Below are positions 10,417-18,897 of a stretch of DNA of 57,983 nucleotides, piece after piece. The translations under genes were made by a program, and so were the position numbers. Every line of letters begins with the position of its first letter. Position 1 is the stretch's first letter. Source of the stretch: a virus. Taxonomy: Duplodnaviria > Caudoviricetes. The stretch lies in the IMG/VR virus record IMGVR_UViG_3300023174_005575, positions 1 to 57,983 of that record; one strand, written 5' to 3'. The notes under the pieces are model-generated. The model was not told the DNA's origin. It ran no database searches and saw nothing but the letters and a program-made list of their open reading frames with translations.

Positions 10417-10445
10417 AAAATTGGGTCTAAGTTGCCCAATTTTTT
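10417..10445 (+). terminator. Intrinsic terminator
   Basis: AAAATTGGG-N9-CCCAATTTT followed by further Ts. Confidence 0.6.
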
Positions 10446-10510
10446 AAAATTTGGTAAATACTTTTACACAACCCGTAGAGTTCGCGGGTTAAGGCAACGA
10501 GGAGAATATT

Positions 10511-10900
10511 ATGCCACAAGTTTTTAAAGCCAACCCAGCGTATATCGCAAAGGGTACATTATACAGCACATTACAACTAAAAGTATTTAAGATTGCATAC
10601 AGCACAATTACTGATGTTGATTCAGGACAGAGTGATCACACTGCTCCAGGCACATACAGTGATGGTTTATACAGTAAGGCCACAAGCCTAGCACAAGAGT
10701 TTGGTACAACTGGTGCTCTTTTCCAAGTAAAGAGTGACGGTACATCAATGATTTTTGTTGGTGACGGACATGCCCTAGACGTTGACATCGTAGCAGTTAG
10801 AGCAGACAAGGCTCTAGGCGGAGCTGGTACACTAACAGGTTCTGGTACAACATCCACTGTTACAGTAACACAACTAACAAGCCTATACGGCGTTTCTTAA
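10511..10900 (+). CDS. Hypothetical, probably abundant structural protein
   Basis: Own late promoter (TAAATA 10455-10460), leader hairpin AACCCG/CGGGTT, GAGGAG RBS and strong 3' hairpin; Gly/Thr/Ser-rich. Confidence 0.65.
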   Translation: MPQVFKANPAYIAKGTLYSTLQLKVFKIAYSTITDVDSGQSDHTAPGTYSDGLYSKATSLAQEFGTTGALFQVKSDGTSMIFVGDGHALDVDIVAVRADKALGGAGTLTGSGTTSTVTVTQLTSLYGVS

Positions 10901-10919
10901 TTCTCAATCGGGATGGGAA

Positions 10920-10953
10920 GGCAATTAAGGACACCGAAGTGTCCTTAATTGCC
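10920..10953 (+). terminator. Perfect 15-bp hairpin (terminator or 3' stabiliser)
   Basis: GGCAATTAAGGACAC-CGAA-GTGTCCTTAATTGCC. Confidence 0.75.
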
Positions 10954-11013
10954 ACTTATATTATAATATAACTAATTTTTACTCAGCTATAAATATTTTT
11001 TATACATAGGACT

Positions 11014-11382
11014 ATGATAATGGCCACTATTGAAGAACGTGTAGGTGTAGTTGAAACTAAAGTTACCTATTTAGGTGAAAAGATTGACGATCTCAAACAA
11101 GATGTCAAGAGTGTACACGATGCTGTTGAATCTATTAGTGATGATATGGATAAAAAGCTTGACAAAATGTTGGATATCTACAATGTCAATCGCGATACCT
11201 ATTACGAAAAGCTAGAAGAAAATAAAGAAGAAGCTAAAAAAGCCAACACTAAGGTTCTTGAAAAGTTAGATAATTTAGAAGACTTTAAGAATAGATGGGT
11301 TTATTTGATCACAGGCGCTGCCATAGTAATAGGTTTTGTAATGGGTCATTTAAGCGACTTAGTTAGAGTACTAGGCAAATAA
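11014..11382 (+). CDS. Coiled-coil protein with C-terminal TM helix (XhlA/holin-like architecture)
   Basis: Heptad-rich N-terminus; WVYLITGAAIVIGFVMG hydrophobic segment. Confidence 0.6.
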   Translation: MIMATIEERVGVVETKVTYLGEKIDDLKQDVKSVHDAVESISDDMDKKLDKMLDIYNVNRDTYYEKLEENKEEAKKANTKVLEKLDNLEDFKNRWVYLITGAAIVIGFVMGHLSDLVRVLGK

Positions 11383-11415
11383 TTCCTTAGTCATTAACTA
11401 CGCATTAAATAGCTA

Positions 11416-11811
11416 ATGCGTTACACAATCTATACTCTTGTGGATATTACCAATACAGGGCAATATCGCAATGACGAACATAAACAGCAAGCACGTAGCC
11501 AACAGCAGAATTTCGATACTGTAGTACAGACTGTTGGCATGCGTAGTAATCTTTATTATGATTATCCACCTAAGGTTATTATAGACTTTCCAGAAAAATA
11601 TGGCATGAAGGGCAAAGACCTATGTAATATTTGGGTTTTTGATTGGAGTGTGGAATTAGAGTTTGTGTTTGTAGAAGACGGCGACGATGTGGCCTTACTA
11701 AAAAAGGACTTTGATCTAGTGCCTTACATACCAGGACTGACAGAAACCATAAAGACTAAACCCAGCGTGTTTAGGCCTGGCGTCAATATTAGTTTCGAAA
11801 TGTTAAGATAA
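11416..11811 (+). CDS. Hypothetical protein
   Basis: 131-aa ORF starting 4 nt after TAAATA. Confidence 0.7.
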   Translation: MRYTIYTLVDITNTGQYRNDEHKQQARSQQQNFDTVVQTVGMRSNLYYDYPPKVIIDFPEKYGMKGKDLCNIWVFDWSVELEFVFVEDGDDVALLKKDFDLVPYIPGLTETIKTKPSVFRPGVNISFEMLR

Positions 11812-11818
11812 ATATGGC

Positions 11819-12526
11819 ATGCACGAAGATCTTGTTAGTACAGCAGTTATCTTTCATCAACACCTTAATGCTAAACTATGGCGTAAGGGAGTACTCAAGC
11901 CCATTGTACGTTATACATTATTAAAGATAGCTAAGAATTTTATAGAGTATATTGGCATTGATCAATTACACTTACAAGACATTACCTTAAGTGGCAGTAA
12001 TGCTGGATATACCTATAGTAGGAATAGTGATATTGACTTGCATCTTGTAGTAGACATACCCGAAGACAAGAAGATCCTGCTCAAACAGTTGTTTGATGCA
12101 AAGAAGAATCAATATAACTTTCAGCACAGCATACAGATTAAAGGTATAGATGTAGAACTATATGTACAAGACAGTCAACAACCACATACCAGTGCAGGTA
12201 TATATTCTGTATTAGATGATCGTTGGTTAAAGATCCCAGAGACTGTGGAAGACATTGTGGATAGAGCAGCAGTCAAAGAAAAGTATAAACAGTTTGTAGG
12301 CAAAGTACGTGTGGCCTTACGCAGTGATGACTTGGATAGTGTTAAAGAAGTATTGGACAGTATTAAAAGACTGCGTCAACATGGGTTAAGCACAGGTGGC
12401 GAGCTCAGTGCAGAAAACATAGCGTTTAAAGTGTTACGAGCCAAAGGTCACATAGAAAAACTTAGAAATCACATAAGTAATATAGAGGCCGAAAGATTAA
12501 GTTTGGAACAACAATATGAAAATTAA
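11819..12526 (+). CDS. Pol-beta-superfamily nucleotidyltransferase
   Basis: LSGSNAGYTYSRNSDIDLHLV (GS...DxD) plus a third acidic residue in VELYVQD. Confidence 0.75.
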   Translation: MHEDLVSTAVIFHQHLNAKLWRKGVLKPIVRYTLLKIAKNFIEYIGIDQLHLQDITLSGSNAGYTYSRNSDIDLHLVVDIPEDKKILLKQLFDAKKNQYNFQHSIQIKGIDVELYVQDSQQPHTSAGIYSVLDDRWLKIPETVEDIVDRAAVKEKYKQFVGKVRVALRSDDLDSVKEVLDSIKRLRQHGLSTGGELSAENIAFKVLRAKGHIEKLRNHISNIEAERLSLEQQYEN

Positions 12527-13064
12527 AGAAATACTTGGCGAAAATATGCCAGAATTGATGCCTGCCACAGTGGTCAATGCCAGTAATACAGAAGTGACTT
12601 ACAAGCAAGATCCTAAAAATCCGGCAAGTCCTGAGATCAAAGTGCCGATCAAGCCAGGAGTAGTATCGGTTAATCCAGAAACAGGTGATACTGTAGTAAA
12701 TCCCAATGCCACCCAGGCTAATGCGCCTGACCCTGCAGATGCTCTTAAGCCAGGAGCACAGGTTAAGGTAGCAGGTGCTCCAGGGGCCATGAGTCCTAAT
12801 CCTACACCAACAAACGGTGCAACACAACCCCCTGCAGGTACGCCACCAGAGCAAGGTGGACAACAAGCTGCACCAACCACAGAGAATTTTGGTGAAGAAG
12901 ATCCCATAGCCAACTTAGAAAAAGAATTCAAAAGTCTAAATGAACCTTTAGATGAATCAGCCTATATAACCAAACTAGCACATCGTGTAGCTGGAGTAAG
13001 TGTACTGAACAAACAAACTGTGAACCAGGATGTTTTAAATTTAAAAAAATTAGCAGGAATCTAA
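12516..13064 (+). CDS. Hypothetical Pro/Ala-rich protein (MKIKEIL...LKKLAGI)
   Basis: 182-aa ORF overlapping the preceding stop. Confidence 0.7.
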   Translation: MKIKEILGENMPELMPATVVNASNTEVTYKQDPKNPASPEIKVPIKPGVVSVNPETGDTVVNPNATQANAPDPADALKPGAQVKVAGAPGAMSPNPTPTNGATQPPAGTPPEQGGQQAAPTTENFGEEDPIANLEKEFKSLNEPLDESAYITKLAHRVAGVSVLNKQTVNQDVLNLKKLAGI

Positions 13065-13065
13065 A

Positions 13066-14517
13066 ATGAATAATATACAAATCTTTGCCAAGGCTCTATT
13101 GGAGCAAATCGAAGTAGCTAGAGTAAGACAACTATCTGGTCTAAAAGAATCAGTCAATGATAAACATGCAGATACTGCTAGGGCAATTAGTATCTTTCAA
13201 AAGTATATGGGGTTGGATCAAACTGGACAGCCAGATCCAAAAACTATGAATACCATCAAAATGGTGGCAGAAGTAGGGAATCCAGTGAAAGTACCACCAG
13301 GATCGGCGCCACCAAAACCAAGCGGAATTTCTGGAACATTTAATGCAAAAGCAGAATGGGATGCGAAATACGGTGCTACACATAATCCCGATGGTACACC
13401 AAAAGCACCAGCACCAACAAGCAGTGCGGCTCTCAAACCATCTGGAACAACAAATGCAGCTACCGCTATACCAACTGGTGGGTTAGAGAATCCAGCTAAT
13501 CAAGCAAAACCAACAACAAAACCGCCAGTAGCAACACAGCCAGCAGCAACTAAGAAACCATTTGTACCAGATCCAGAAGGTGTGGACTTGGCACAAAAAA
13601 TGAAAATGGATGCACAGGCTATTAAAAACTTTCAAAAGAATCAAGGATTAAATCCAGACGGACAAATTGGACCAAAAACAACAGCGGCCTTAAAAGTAGC
13701 AATGGCCAAGCAACAGGTAGCATCGGACATGGCTAAAGACGGTCCGAGAGATCCTGGAACAGGCGAACTTTTAAGCACAGCAGTAGATTTAAATAAACCA
13801 TCAGGACCAGTTACTCCGCCAGGACCAGTTACTCCGCCAGGACCAGTTACTCCGCCAGGACCAGTTACTCCGCCAGGGCCTGGACCAACACCTGCTCCAG
13901 CAGCAAATACACAAAATATGGGCGACGGTAGTCAACTTACTACTGATCCCAAAACAGGTGCTGTAGCTGCAACTGATAGCGATGGTAATCCATACATACC
14001 AGGAAGCAATCCTAATCTTCCTAAGAACAAAACTACTACACAAGACATGGGTGATGGTAGTAAACTTACTACAGGGCCAGGCGGTGTTGCAGCAACTAAT
14101 GATGACGGTACTCCATATGTGCCAGGAAGTAATCCTAATCTTCCTAAGAATAAACCAGCACCAACACCAGCACCAGCACCGACAGGTATTCAAGCAGTTG
14201 GCGACGACGAGGGTAACACGACTGTTACTCGCCCAGATGGCAGTACAATGGTAGTTGGCCCAGATGGTAAACAAATCATGCCTGGAAGTAATCCTAATTT
14301 GCCAAAAAATCAAGGTTTAATAAACAAAGGTCTAAATTGGTTAACAAACAAAGGTCAATATCAAAAGGCAGGCGGATTCCAACCTCCACCAGGAGCAGCA
14401 AAACCAGCAGCAGCACCACCTCAGCAAGGTGCTTTTGATTACACTACAACAGGTGAAAGTAGACTTAGAGAAGATCCAGAACTCACAGCTATGCTACGTA
14501 TTGCAGGACTTAGATGA
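13066..14517 (+). CDS. Pro-rich protein with two peptidoglycan-binding (PGBD-like) segments and internal repeats
   Basis: AISIFQKYMGLDQTGQPDPKT and AIKNFQKNQGLNPDGQIGPKT; (PGPVTP)x4; three DG..(Y/M)xPGSNPNLPKN repeats. Confidence 0.7.
   Translation: MNNIQIFAKALLEQIEVARVRQLSGLKESVNDKHADTARAISIFQKYMGLDQTGQPDPKTMNTIKMVAEVGNPVKVPPGSAPPKPSGISGTFNAKAEWDAKYGATHNPDGTPKAPAPTSSAALKPSGTTNAATAIPTGGLENPANQAKPTTKPPVATQPAATKKPFVPDPEGVDLAQKMKMDAQAIKNFQKNQGLNPDGQIGPKTTAALKVAMAKQQVASDMAKDGPRDPGTGELLSTAVDLNKPSGPVTPPGPVTPPGPVTPPGPVTPPGPGPTPAPAANTQNMGDGSQLTTDPKTGAVAATDSDGNPYIPGSNPNLPKNKTTTQDMGDGSKLTTGPGGVAATNDDGTPYVPGSNPNLPKNKPAPTPAPAPTGIQAVGDDEGNTTVTRPDGSTMVVGPDGKQIMPGSNPNLPKNQGLINKGLNWLTNKGQYQKAGGFQPPPGAAKPAAAPPQQGAFDYTTTGESRLREDPELTAMLRIAGLR
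13802..13873 (+). repeat. Four perfect 18-bp tandem repeats (CAGGACCAGTTACTCCGC)
   Basis: Direct reading; encodes GPVTPP x4. Confidence 0.95.
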
Positions 14518-14726
14518 AAATCAACGAACTGATAAAGAGTTTTGAAATCTATACTACTAACGAGGAACGTGCCTTATTAGACAAACTAACTAGGCCTACT
14601 TTGCTAAGTACTATGCCCCAACGCGAACAACAAATAGCCGAAGTAATGATACGTAAGCACTTGTTGATCAAGATAGGGCATAAGGATCCAAAGGTTGTAG
14701 CCAATGACTATCAAGCAAGTCGCTAA
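14514..14726 (+). CDS. Hypothetical protein (MKINELI N-terminus)
   Basis: 70-aa ORF with ATGA overlap. Confidence 0.7.
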   Translation: MKINELIKSFEIYTTNEERALLDKLTRPTLLSTMPQREQQIAEVMIRKHLLIKIGHKDPKVVANDYQASR

Positions 14727-15144
14727 GAAATTAGAAAAGTTTTTGGAAGAAGTCAATGACATAATGCCATTGACTATACTGCCAGATGGCAGTGTGGCCT
14801 ACAAGAACTATGTTATTAAAAAGAACAAAGATGCCAGCTGGACATTGAGTAGAATACAGAATCAAAGCAAAGTATTCATAGACGACTTTAACTTAAAAAG
14901 TAGCGCATTGCTGGCAGCTAACTATCATAGAACAAATAGAATTGATCTATTAATTGAAACTAAAATACTAGACGAGCACTATTGGGCCAATTACAACGAT
15001 CATTTGACTTTTAAAGAGCTATATAAGAAAACCAAAGACCTAGTCAAAAGAGATTTATACTTATGGCGAGGCGAATTGACTAGAGATCGAGCAGACTACT
15101 ATCGTGATAAAATAAGCAATGCGTTTGCTACGTCATTTAGATAA
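14704..15144 (+). CDS. Hypothetical protein
   Basis: 146-aa ORF in the co-directional run. Confidence 0.7.
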   Translation: MTIKQVAKKLEKFLEEVNDIMPLTILPDGSVAYKNYVIKKNKDASWTLSRIQNQSKVFIDDFNLKSSALLAANYHRTNRIDLLIETKILDEHYWANYNDHLTFKELYKKTKDLVKRDLYLWRGELTRDRADYYRDKISNAFATSFR

Positions 15145-15170
15145 ATAACTTAAATATTTAGGAACCCAGT

Positions 15171-16136
15171 ATGAATATCAAAGATCTTCATAAACCACTT
15201 ACCAGTAGACAACTTAATGAAAGTTTATCCCAAAAGTTTGGATACAGCATTAACCTCGAGCGCTTTACCACAGAGCAATTGCATGATGCAAGAAACAAGC
15301 TAAGAACTGCTCAGAGTCAATTTGAAACTAATGAGAGTTATGACAGTGTATTAAGCAGTCACAAGTATCAAAAGAACAAAATGTTTCTTGATGTGATCAA
15401 TCAAGAAATTGCCGAGCGTGAAACACGTGAAGAAGATGATGTGGAAGAGGGTACTAGAGGTAAGAAGAAAAAGATGAAGAATCTAAAAGAATATCACAAT
15501 GCCATGCGTCGTCTACAAGGACATGGATTAAATAAAGGCTGGGTTCAGAACGCAAGACAACGTTTAATGATGGAACGTGATGCTGATGAGGAAGTTGTTA
15601 GCGAACTAATCGTACGTTATGATCTAGACGAGACCACAGCTAAGAGTGTTGTAAGAGATTTAATTATCACGGAAGGCGAAGAGGAAAAGGCAGAACTAAT
15701 CATGGCCAGTAAGGACATGGTTGATCGTATTACAGGCTGGTTAGAAGATATTGCTTCAATGAAATCAGAAGCTATGTTAGATTTATTAGACTCTATAAGA
15801 GATGAAATGGGCAGCGACACCAGTACACAATTTGAGCAGACAGTTCGTCCAGCATTGGATGAAATCTATTTGGCACTGGAAAAGAATCGTCAGGCACTAG
15901 CACAGGCTGTTGGCATCTTAACAGGCACAGGTGGCCCAGCTCCAAGTGGCATGGGTGCTGGACCAGGACTAGCAGGTGGCATGGGTGGCATGGGTGCTGA
16001 AGAAGGTCCTCCAGAAGAGGCAGCAGGTGCAGCCCCGGAAGGTGGAGCAGCTGGTCGTGCCATGAGAGAAAGTATGTACAGCCGCAAGTTGGCCACTATC
16101 CTAACTTCCAAAAAAAAAAGTAACAGAAGCCACTGA
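15171..16136 (+). CDS. Acidic coiled-coil protein (possible head scaffold/core); ends just after an A10 slippery run
   Basis: 321 aa; helical and acidic, several (L/I)-x-E sites, Gly-rich linker; late promoters at 15142 and 15151. Confidence 0.65.
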   Translation: MNIKDLHKPLTSRQLNESLSQKFGYSINLERFTTEQLHDARNKLRTAQSQFETNESYDSVLSSHKYQKNKMFLDVINQEIAERETREEDDVEEGTRGKKKKMKNLKEYHNAMRRLQGHGLNKGWVQNARQRLMMERDADEEVVSELIVRYDLDETTAKSVVRDLIITEGEEEKAELIMASKDMVDRITGWLEDIASMKSEAMLDLLDSIRDEMGSDTSTQFEQTVRPALDEIYLALEKNRQALAQAVGILTGTGGPAPSGMGAGPGLAGGMGGMGAEEGPPEEAAGAAPEGGAAGRAMRESMYSRKLATILTSKKKSNRSH

Positions 16137-16443
16137 TAAGTTGTTTGACCTATTGGTGGCAAAGAAAAATGCCGCCGATAGCAGAGGTAATCCAGAAATT
16201 ATTAGTTGGAGAGCTCTTGGTAATGAAACACAAAATGCCATAGGACAGCGCATTGATAGTGTAGACAAGTTTGCTCCTAGGTTCGATGCCAATCCCAGTT
16301 TCAAAGAAATATGTAGTTTTGATCCGCAAGGAGTCAAGTTAAAGACCAGTAAGGAAACAGCCAGTCAACAAAGCGGTGGTGTAACGGGCAAGAGCACAGT
16401 GAGTCAAATGGCTAAAAAAGCAACGGCAAAAAGAATAGGTTGA
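16120..16443 (+). CDS. ATG-less reading frame (VTEATDKLFDLL...), possibly a frameshift extension of ORF 15171
   Basis: Frame is open from 16105; only TTG/GTG starts with no RBS; begins at the A10 run. Confidence 0.55.
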   Translation, partial: VTEATDKLFDLLVAKKNAADSRGNPEIISWRALGNETQNAIGQRIDSVDKFAPRFDANPSFKEICSFDPQGVKLKTSKETASQQSGGVTGKSTVSQMAKKATAKRIG

Positions 16444-16468
16444 CAAATCTTTAACTCTGTAGTATAAT
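16440..16468 (+). promoter_or_regulatory. Consensus sigma70 promoter
   Basis: TTGACA(16440-45)-17 bp-TATAAT(16463-68); ATG 5 nt later, so probably leaderless. Confidence 0.85.
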
Positions 16469-16473
16469 ACGGA

Positions 16474-17190
16474 ATGACTTTACTAATAGAACGATATCAA
16501 TATACCAAATTATCCAGAGATGACAGCACAGGCAAGCGTTTATACGCTTGCCCAGACGGAAACAAAGTTCCCAGCGTTACCACTGTACTAGATAAAACCA
16601 AACCAGAAGAAGCCAAACAAGCACTACTCAATTGGCGACGTAGTGTGGGTGAATCCAAGGCTCAACAGATTACTACAGAAGCAGCCAATCGTGGTACTCG
16701 TATGCATACCTTCCTTGAACGTTATGTCAAGGGCGAAGGCATCAAAGACACGGTTTCTAATCCCTATGCACAACAAAGCTTGGTAATGGCCAAAAAGGTC
16801 ATTGAGAAAGGTTTTGGACATATTACAGAAATATGGGGTAGCGAAGTGCCTTTGTACTATCCTGAATTGTATGCAGGTACTACCGATTGTGTGGGCCTAC
16901 ATCAGGGTGAAGAAAGTATATTAGACTTCAAACAGACTAACAAGCCAAAGAAGATAGAATGGATTGATGATTATTTCCTTCAGCTCACTGCTTATGCACT
17001 AGCACATAATCAAGTACATGGTACTAATATACGCAAAGGTGTTATCATGATGTGTGTTAAGCCACCAGAGATTGCACCAGGGCAGTGGGGTGAGCCTGAG
17101 TATCAAGAGTTTAGATTGTTGCCAGAGCATTTTGATTATTGGACTGATCGTTGGTTCAATAGACTAGAAGAATACTATTCGAACATCTGA
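16474..17190 (+). CDS. PD-(D/E)xK exonuclease (MGME1/Cas4-like fold, phage type)
   Basis: PSVTTVL, RGTRMH, SEVPLY, YAGTTD, ILDFKQT, QLTAYA motifs. Confidence 0.85.
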   Translation: MTLLIERYQYTKLSRDDSTGKRLYACPDGNKVPSVTTVLDKTKPEEAKQALLNWRRSVGESKAQQITTEAANRGTRMHTFLERYVKGEGIKDTVSNPYAQQSLVMAKKVIEKGFGHITEIWGSEVPLYYPELYAGTTDCVGLHQGEESILDFKQTNKPKKIEWIDDYFLQLTAYALAHNQVHGTNIRKGVIMMCVKPPEIAPGQWGEPEYQEFRLLPEHFDYWTDRWFNRLEEYYSNI

Positions 17191-17216
17191 TAAATATCCT
17201 ACAAGGGGATAATTAT

Positions 17217-18842
17217 ATGGCCGTAGTACAAATTTCCAGAATACAGGTCCGTCGTGGAAGAGAAAATACTGAAACAGGTATACCACAATTAGCCAGTGGG
17301 GAAATGGCCTGGGCCATAGATACTCAACAATTATACATTGGTAACGGAGCAATTAGCGAAGGAGCTCCGGCGGTTGGAAATACTAGAATATTAACAGGTG
17401 CAGATCTTATTGGCGAACGTAATATTTTAAATATTGCTGATTACGTTTATAAGAAGGATCTTACTTTACCGCCTAGAACAGTTCAAGATAGGCTAGACGA
17501 AAGAGTAAATTTTTCTAGTTTCAATGACACTCGTCCTAGCAAGAATAAAACTATGGCTGATAATATTCAAACAGCCATTGATTACTTATATAAGTCTTCA
17601 TTAGATAAACGAGCCATATTAGAGTTTGGGCCTGGAACATTTGAGTTTGATACTACTATAAGAATTCACAGTTTTACACATATTGTGGGTTCTGGTTGTG
17701 GGAGGACTATTTTTAAGTATACAGGCACAGGAACAGCTTTTCGATTAGTTAACGATGACACAACTTCGTCTTCAACACCAGCTAATACAGGCGACAATCA
17801 ATGTAGATTTGTTACCCTAACCGGATTTACTTTAATTGTAGACAATACCAATACCACAGCAATGTCAATGAATTCTGTAAAGAACAGTAAATTTAGTGAT
17901 TTAGAAATAAAAGGCAATTGGGTTAACAATATTCAAGGTCAGAATTTTTCTAATAGTAAGGCTTTTGATATGTTGTCTACTACAGAATTAATTACTTGCA
18001 ATGATAACGAGTTTAACAATATTGATATTTCTAAATTTAGAGTTAGTATAAATGCACAAGGAGATATCGAGTCGAATTTTATTCAAAATTGTAAATTTTC
18101 TATCAATGAAGTTGCAATAAATTTTGGACAAGGTGCTGATCTAACCTCCTATGGACAAATATATGGTCCCAGAAACAATACTATTTCAAACAGTATTTTT
18201 AAAAATATTCAAAAACAAGGTATTAAAATATACAATGGATCAGGGAACGTCAGTAGTCAAAACAAATTCACATTAGTTGGTGATAATTTTGGTAATAGTT
18301 TCAATTCTGCTTATGGTGTAGTAGAATTTGATGTTCCGGGAAATCTAGTTAGTAATGACAACTCAGACAGACATACTGATTTATCCAATGATCTTTATCC
18401 TAGACCCTATATTGGCGAAGTAATTGCCAAGGCCAATTATACAAATCCCTTCACTAATGTAAAATTATTAGAGTATACAACAACTCCTACTAATATTTTT
18501 AGACTACCTATTGCACAGACTTGCCATTTAGAAGTCGAGTATCTTTATCAAAGCACTAATAGAAGTAGAATAAGAAGAGGTAAATTATCGATTTTAGCAG
18601 ATGCAAACAATCGTAACGACGATGATACTCCTTCAATAGAACTCATAGATGATTATGATTACCATGGAGTAGGCTCCGAAGATGATTACACAATAGAAGA
18701 TACTCATTTAATTTTTACCGCTAGCTCTAGAACATATTTTGGAACAAGATATGTTGTAGAAGTGTTTTATCAATATAACGGGGAAACCCTTAGCCAAGGC
18801 GATCAAGCCAAACTTACTTACACATATAAGATTTTGAGCTAA
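17217..18842 (+). CDS. Tail fibre/spike with beta-helix (pectate-lyase-like) region
   Basis: IQVRRG...LASGEMAWAIDTQQLYIG fibre N-domain; FGPGTF...IVGSG and Asn/Ile-rich beta-helix repeats. Confidence 0.7.
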   Translation: MAVVQISRIQVRRGRENTETGIPQLASGEMAWAIDTQQLYIGNGAISEGAPAVGNTRILTGADLIGERNILNIADYVYKKDLTLPPRTVQDRLDERVNFSSFNDTRPSKNKTMADNIQTAIDYLYKSSLDKRAILEFGPGTFEFDTTIRIHSFTHIVGSGCGRTIFKYTGTGTAFRLVNDDTTSSSTPANTGDNQCRFVTLTGFTLIVDNTNTTAMSMNSVKNSKFSDLEIKGNWVNNIQGQNFSNSKAFDMLSTTELITCNDNEFNNIDISKFRVSINAQGDIESNFIQNCKFSINEVAINFGQGADLTSYGQIYGPRNNTISNSIFKNIQKQGIKIYNGSGNVSSQNKFTLVGDNFGNSFNSAYGVVEFDVPGNLVSNDNSDRHTDLSNDLYPRPYIGEVIAKANYTNPFTNVKLLEYTTTPTNIFRLPIAQTCHLEVEYLYQSTNRSRIRRGKLSILADANNRNDDDTPSIELIDDYDYHGVGSEDDYTIEDTHLIFTASSRTYFGTRYVVEVFYQYNGETLSQGDQAKLTYTYKILS

Positions 18843-18897
18843 CTAACATTAGCAATAATTTTAATATTACTGTAAAATAACTCTAAAAAGTCAATCT

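Noticed and set aside
13802-13873. Tandem repeats as a possible CRISPR array (also 24834-24929 and 5022-5733)
   Set aside because: No unique spacers; unit lengths are multiples of 3 and lie in frame within proteins.
16474-17190. Cas4/CRISPR association of the exonuclease
   Set aside because: No four-Cys Fe-S motif, no cas genes or array; ordinary phage PD-(D/E)xK exonuclease.
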